A stretch of 64,000 nucleotides of DNA, taken from Octopus vulgaris. Its lineage: Eukaryota. Every line of letters starts with the position of its first letter. Within the stretch, counting starts at the first letter, position 1. The stretch lies in NCBI GenBank assembly GCA_951406725.2, contig OX597814.1, positions 16,306,001 to 16,370,000 on the forward strand, given 5' to 3'. The notes under the pieces are model-generated. The model searched no databases, had not been told where the DNA came from, and was given only the letters and a program-made list of their open reading frames with translations. Position numbers and translations under genes: made by a program. This document shows, piece after piece, positions 57,986 to 64,000 of this stretch.

Positions 57986-58220
57986 AGGCGGCGAGCTGGC
58001 AGAAACGTTAGCACGCCGGGCGAAATGCTTAGCGGTATTTCGTCTGCGTTACGTTGTGAGTTCAAATTCCGCCGAGGTCGACTTTGCCTTTCATACTTTC
58101 GGGGTCGATAAATTAAGTACCAGTTACGCACTGTGGTCAATGTAATCGACTTAATACCTATGTCTGACCCTGTTTGTCCCCTCTGTGTTTGGCCCCTTCT
58201 GGGTAATAAAGAAATAGGTA
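57986..58220 (+). mobile_element. SINE B monomer (tail 1)
   Basis: Head, core and tail ending AAAGAAATAGGTAT. Confidence 0.92.
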
Positions 58221-59632
58221 TATGTATGCATGTATGTACGTATGTATGTATATATATATATTACATATGGAATATTTATACACATATATATATACATTTG
58301 TTATATGTGTATATCTACACATATAATATCTTGTATACATTTACCTACATTATACATATATTGATAAACGATTTTTCATGCTTAGTGCACATTTGATACT
58401 CCCACTGCATACATTTCATTCTCACAACTACTCCGTAGACTTACTTCACCCAATCAATAAAGTTTAAGACAGAATGAAAATTAAATAAACTCCACTACTT
58501 TTAACCACAAACGGCATTTGAAATCTCGTTGGACCAGACATATTAACAATTTATGCCACTTTACAATTAAAGTGAAGAAAATCAGTATGTAGCATATTAT
58601 AGAAATAGTCTTTTGTAATAGTTTGTTGTATCTTTCTTTGATTTCTAATTTTATTTCTGCAACTAATCATCTTTGAGTAAGGTGTGCAGTAGAATTTTGA
58701 TCACGACGTTTAATTGATTCACTTAGATATGGTAGCTGTCACGTAATTTCTCTTATTGAGTATGTCGGCATGAAAGAATTGATTGCTCTTGAAATGAAAA
58801 CGAAGCATTTGAGTAGGGAGAGTGCAGATAATTCAAAAACCCAAACCTAAACGAAGGTTATTTAAATCTTTTCGAAAATATAAGTAGAATGTGAAATTAA
58901 ACACTGAATGGAATAAAACGAGGAAATAAAATAAGGAAACTAACAAAAGAATTATTTTAAAACAAAGTTAGTAGAGAGTTCTTTTACTTTTTCATTTCGT
59001 ATGTGTGAGGATGTATTTTACTTTTATTGGATAAGAGTATAAAAGATTTGACATAGGCAAGAAGATCACAAGCGGTTTCTGTAAAATTTACACAATTGAC
59101 ATCTTTGAATTGAACAATTACTGGGATATGCTGGGTGAAAGGGGACATGACATCAATAGAAATCGTAGTAAATATAAAAGAGATGCAATGTTCAGATAAC
59201 ACTTGTTCCTAGCGAGATGCCAAACAAAACACAATGAAACAAAAATGAAAACAAAAATTAAACAAATAAATAAAAACAATCAGTACAGGTATGAGGAATC
59301 TCGTCTTAAATTATAAGACAATAGATGCGTAACGTAGCGAGTGAAAGAATCAAACAATTCTGGAGAATATAGTTCTGTTGATGTGTACAGGGAATAGAAT
59401 GTAATGAATGGTAACAATTACGCAGGTAGATATTATTGAAATTGGAACCCTGTCAATTCTTAGACATTCCATTCTTTCCACTGCAAAATATTGAAAAGAA
59501 TCTGCCTGTCAATGAAACAAGATCGTCACTTGAATGCTTTTATGTATGTGGTCACATATTAAATGAAAACTTCGTTTCACCCCTCACTCTCTCACTTTCT
59601 CTTTATATCTCTCTCTTATACGTATATACAAC

Positions 59633-59729
<97 letters not shown>

Positions 59730-59814
59730 ATGCATGTATATGTATGTATATGTATGTATATATGTGTATATGGATGGATGTATTTGTATATATGTATGTA
59801 TATGTATGTCTGTT

Positions 59815-59872
<58 letters not shown>

Positions 59873-59873
59873 A

Positions 59874-59904
<31 letters not shown>

Positions 59905-60080
59905 CGCACACAAACAAAAACACACATTCTCACGCACATACAACGTATGTATATATATACGTGTGTGTGCGTGTGTGTGTGCGTGTATGTGTGTGAGTGT
60001 GTGTGTGTGTGTCTATAAATTTATATGTATATATATATAATATATATATATAATATATATACATATATATATTATATATA

Positions 60081-60129
<49 letters not shown>

Positions 60130-60580
60130 TTATAAATATACGCACACATACACACATATAAATACGTCCACGTATATATTATTTTCTTTATTGTAATGAA
60201 GTTAATGCGGTCTTCCACTGCATAAACGATTTTTGATACCGCTTCATCGGAAGTGTGTTACAATCAATACATTGTTAGGTCAGAGACTAAGGGACGATTA
60301 AACTGCTCTGAGGGGGATTAAGCAGTTGATAGTAAGGGAACCTTCAGCTTTGAACGCAGAAACAAAAGTGCCGAAGCGAAATCGGCACAGTATTGTCTGG
60401 TTTTGTAACAATTGCCCCAATGCACTGTGTCATAGTGGTACGCAACTTTCCAACCCCAGAAATAACTACAGCCAACTTTGAACCTGGCGGAACTTGTGGA
60501 ATTTTGCAACAAAGCCCAGAGGCGTGGCGTAAAACCCGAAGCAGACTTTCTGATATTTTTCAAATTTCCTACCTTCCTTA

Positions 60581-60639
<59 letters not shown>

Positions 60640-60784
60640 TTATATATAGAAATGCAATTCGAAGAAGCCTGCCATCTACCGGATGTATTATATGTAAACT
60701 TCCCCATGTGCTTCGTTGGAGTAGAACAGATAGCTGTTCGGCTTTGACGGTGCGAGGTCGTTTATTTATGATATGTTCAGAATC

Positions 60785-60846
60785 AGTCTTGCTGATGAGT
60801 ACGGTCGCAACTGCGGTAAGTACGAAATCACAGGTGATACAAGACT
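60785..60846 (+). ncRNA. Type I hammerhead ribozyme, canonical core
   Basis: agtcttg-CTGATGA-gtac-(17 nt)-gtac-GAAA-tcac-ag-gtga-TA-caagact. All three stems pair. Predicted cut after 60839. Confidence 0.88.
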
Positions 60847-61097
60847 AAATTCATTTTTTAAATGTCTTGCTTTGAAAAATTGCATTGGGTATGATTAGTA
60901 AAATTTTTTGGTAGAAACGACTAATGTCCCTCTTAGCGTGTGGCATGTATGTGTAATAATGCCCTCTATATATAAATTAATATGTTCAATAAGAAAGAAT
61001 TATTTTCGAAATTTTTCTCTTATGAGCTTTTTCACGCTATCTACCTGATAATTTCTTGTTAAGATTCCTTATTAAGAAGTTATCCTTAATTGTTAAA

Positions 61098-61160
<63 letters not shown>

Positions 61161-61396
61161 TGCTACTACCGCTATTTCGGCCGCTGGTCATTTCCCCAAC
61201 TTCAGCCAACGAATCTAGTCAACACACAAGACAGCAATTATGCTCCTCCCCACCCCCCACAAAAAACCAATACGTGGACTCTGTTGAGACTTCTTTTATT
61301 ACACTTAACTTTTAAAAATACATTTGATAAGGTTCGTTTTTTCAAGAAGAACCGAAACCTGTAAAATTTATCTTATACAGTGGCGTTTTCAAAGGT

Positions 61397-61444
<48 letters not shown>

Positions 61445-61446
<2 letters not shown>

Positions 61447-61568
61447 AGTTGGAATTTACAAAAAACAAAAGACGAAGACAGGTGTGTAAACATCAAACAG
61501 GTGTGTTAGTTTAACGCTCGGGAAAGTGAGAAATGTTTTACGGTTCGAGTCTACGTTCTTCAATACGT
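61445..61568 (-). mobile_element. PLE family P1 terminal fragment
   Basis: Reverse complement TTGAAGAACGTAGACTCGAACCGTAAAA...CCCGAGCGTTAAACTAA matches 8400-8530. Confidence 0.72.
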
Positions 61569-61847
61569 TTATGAATAGCTATACTAATACTCTGATGTTA
61601 GAATTCAATACCTCATTATTCATGTTCCTGAAGAGAGACGATGCCCATGAACAAAACGTTATAAGAAATAATGGAATGAACTTCATTGGCTTATGGTTCT
61701 TTCTGCTAAGAGATAGTTGAATGCTTATTTTGAATGCTTTTGTATTAAGATATAACTTGGTCGGTGCTTCAAAAAGGAAGAGCAATATATATATACAAAT
61801 GTATATACATACGCATTACTATCAAGAACTACTTGAAATTATGCTCT

Positions 61848-62150
61848 TACAGTGTGGCAACATGCGCAAATGTCTTCTACTATAGCCTCGGGCAACCCAA
61901 AGAATTTTAAGTGGACTTAGTGAACGGAACTGTAAGAAGCCCATCGCATATGTAAATATATATATATGCGTGTGTATATGTGTGCGTGACTGTGTGTGCA
62001 TATGTATTGTTGCTATTATGTCAACGAATTTTAAGTGGACTTGGTGAACGGAACTGTAAGATGCCCATCGCATATATAAATATATATATATGCGTGTGTA
62101 TATGTGTGCGTGACTGTGTGTGTATTTGTATTGTTGCTATTATGTCAAAC
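61848..62150 (+). mobile_element. SINE A relic with an internal tandem duplication of about 124 bp
   Basis: GAATTTTAAGTGGACTT.GTGAACGGAACTGTAAGA... occurs twice. Confidence 0.75.
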
Positions 62151-62299
62151 TGTCGTGTGTCCAAATTTGACCAAATGGGTTTTTTCAATATTTATTTTTA
62201 CTTGCAATAGCCGGCTCTTTTGGTCAAATTGTCGTATCTCCTGCTGCTTCTCATACCTAGATATCAAAAATTGTCAAAGTGTAGTGCAACGGTTTTGCT

Positions 62300-62455
62300 A
62301 CGGAATGGTGAAAGGCTGCTTTTTGCAAGACATCAATCTTCTATGGGATTTCCAGTTGACTTAAGAAGTTTCACTGAGATTGAGCCCAACACTCCGATTA
62401 CTTCTGGCATCACTTCTACGTTACGCTCTCGTATTCCATAGTCTTACCATTTCCA
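62300..62455 (-). mobile_element. Possible highly decayed R4-like RLE C-terminus
   Basis: VMPEVIGVLGSISVKLL resembles the VPVVIGALG motif. Confidence 0.4.
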
Positions 62456-62477
62456 TTTTCAATTCGGAGTAGTTACT

Positions 62478-62890
62478 CTTTACTCTTTTACTTGTTTCAG
62501 TCATTTGACTGCGGCCATGCTGGAGCACCGCCTTTAATCGAGCAACTCGACCCCGAGACTTATTCTTTTTGTAAGCCCAGTACTTATTCTATCGGTCTCT
62601 TTTGCCGAACCGCTAAGTAACGGGGACATAAACACACTAGCATCGGTTGTCAAGCAATGCTAGGGGGACAAACACAGACACACAAACAAACACACATACA
62701 TATATATATATATATACATATATACGACAGGCTTCTTTCAGTTTCTGTCTACCAAATCCACTCACAAGGCATTGGTCGGCCCGGGGCTATAGCAGGAGAC
62801 ACTTGCCCAAGATGCCACGCAGTGGGACTGAACCCGGAACCATGTGGTTGGTTAGCAAGCTACTTACCACACAGCCACTCCTGCGCCTAT
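62478..62890 (-). mobile_element. SINE A, full length, near consensus
   Basis: Match to family A. Confidence 0.93.
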
Positions 62891-63149
62891 ATGATGTATT
62901 CAACATCTTTACTCACAGCATGCATGACATTTTGGTATGGCTACATCAATGATCTGACAGCATTTGTCTCTCTTATTCAATATGACAATATCCGGTCGAC
63001 GGTGTTCAATTACACGATCCGTCTGAAAATCATAGTCCCTGGGTATCGTTACATTTCCATCTACCTGTTTTTGTGTGTGTGCGTGCGTGCGTGTGTATAT
63101 GGGTGTGTGCTATCTTCGCAATGTTGACAACACGAGCAGTCACGTACAA

Positions 63150-63203
<54 letters not shown>

Positions 63204-63247
63204 CATCATCATCATCATCATTATTATTATTATTATTATAATTATCA

Positions 63248-63293
<46 letters not shown>

Positions 63294-63335
63294 CATTATT
63301 ATTATTATCATTATTATTATCATTATTATTATTAA

Positions 63336-63459
<124 letters not shown>

Positions 63460-63472
63460 ATTATCATCATCA

Positions 63473-63504
<32 letters not shown>

Positions 63505-64000
63505 TTATTTGCCACCTGAGTGATGGCAAATAAGGACGAGGGTGCTATACAAAAAACAAACGTCATGTTTGGGGGATTTATGTATAATGAAATGAAAGAA
63601 CAAAAAAAAAAAAGAGGATTATTTTTATTTGGCTGCATTTTTTGAAAATTTAAAGTGAATATTTTCAAATTTTGTTTATGCATGTAATTTTCCAAGATGA
63701 ATCTCATGGCCAAATCCAGGAGTTCAACAAATTAAAAGAAAAAAATGATACAGGGGTCTAAAGTTTGATAATTTTTACCCAGTCAGAAAGCAGGAATTGG
63801 AAGATGTTATTTTCTGCATGACTTCACGTGCTGTCAACATTGAGAGGATAGCACACACACACACACATACTCGTACACACACAAACACACAAACACACAA
63901 ACGCATGCACACATTCGTACACACACATATATATATACACACGCACACACACACACACACATGCACATACAAAAAAATATCGCTTTTCCGTTTTATTATA

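Noticed and set aside
58984-59202. Possible host exon in unique sequence (also 14908-15050 and 51715-51851)
   Set aside because: No recognisable protein motif or convincing splice sites. Cannot be supported without homology or RNA data.

Overview
AT-rich, microsatellite-saturated animal DNA, intergenic or intronic. The repeat families resemble those I know from octopus/coleoid cephalopod genomes, which is an inference. I found no host exon, rRNA, true tRNA or CRISPR array, and the supplied ORFs are microsatellite noise or transposon debris. The window contains three tRNA-headed SINE families (A, B, C), many fragments of R4/Dong-type RLE retrotransposons stacked in (TAA)n tracts, two CR1-type LINE 3' ends, a broken mariner with an internal 22-bp minisatellite, three non-autonomous Helitrons and Penelope-like (PLE) 3' ends. 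The most notable signal is a set of type I hammerhead ribozyme folds from several unrelated small elements. These are one canonical fold (60785-60846), a perfect inverted pair (3758-4058), a U3-A8 covariant family (27229, 45322), and a CUGUUGAA-core variant (five copies, two directly downstream of PLE GIY-YIG C-termini). SINE B also forms internal multimers at a fixed site within single TSDs, which suggests self-targeted integration. Folds and alignments were done by eye, and most TE boundaries are approximate (+/- tens of bp).
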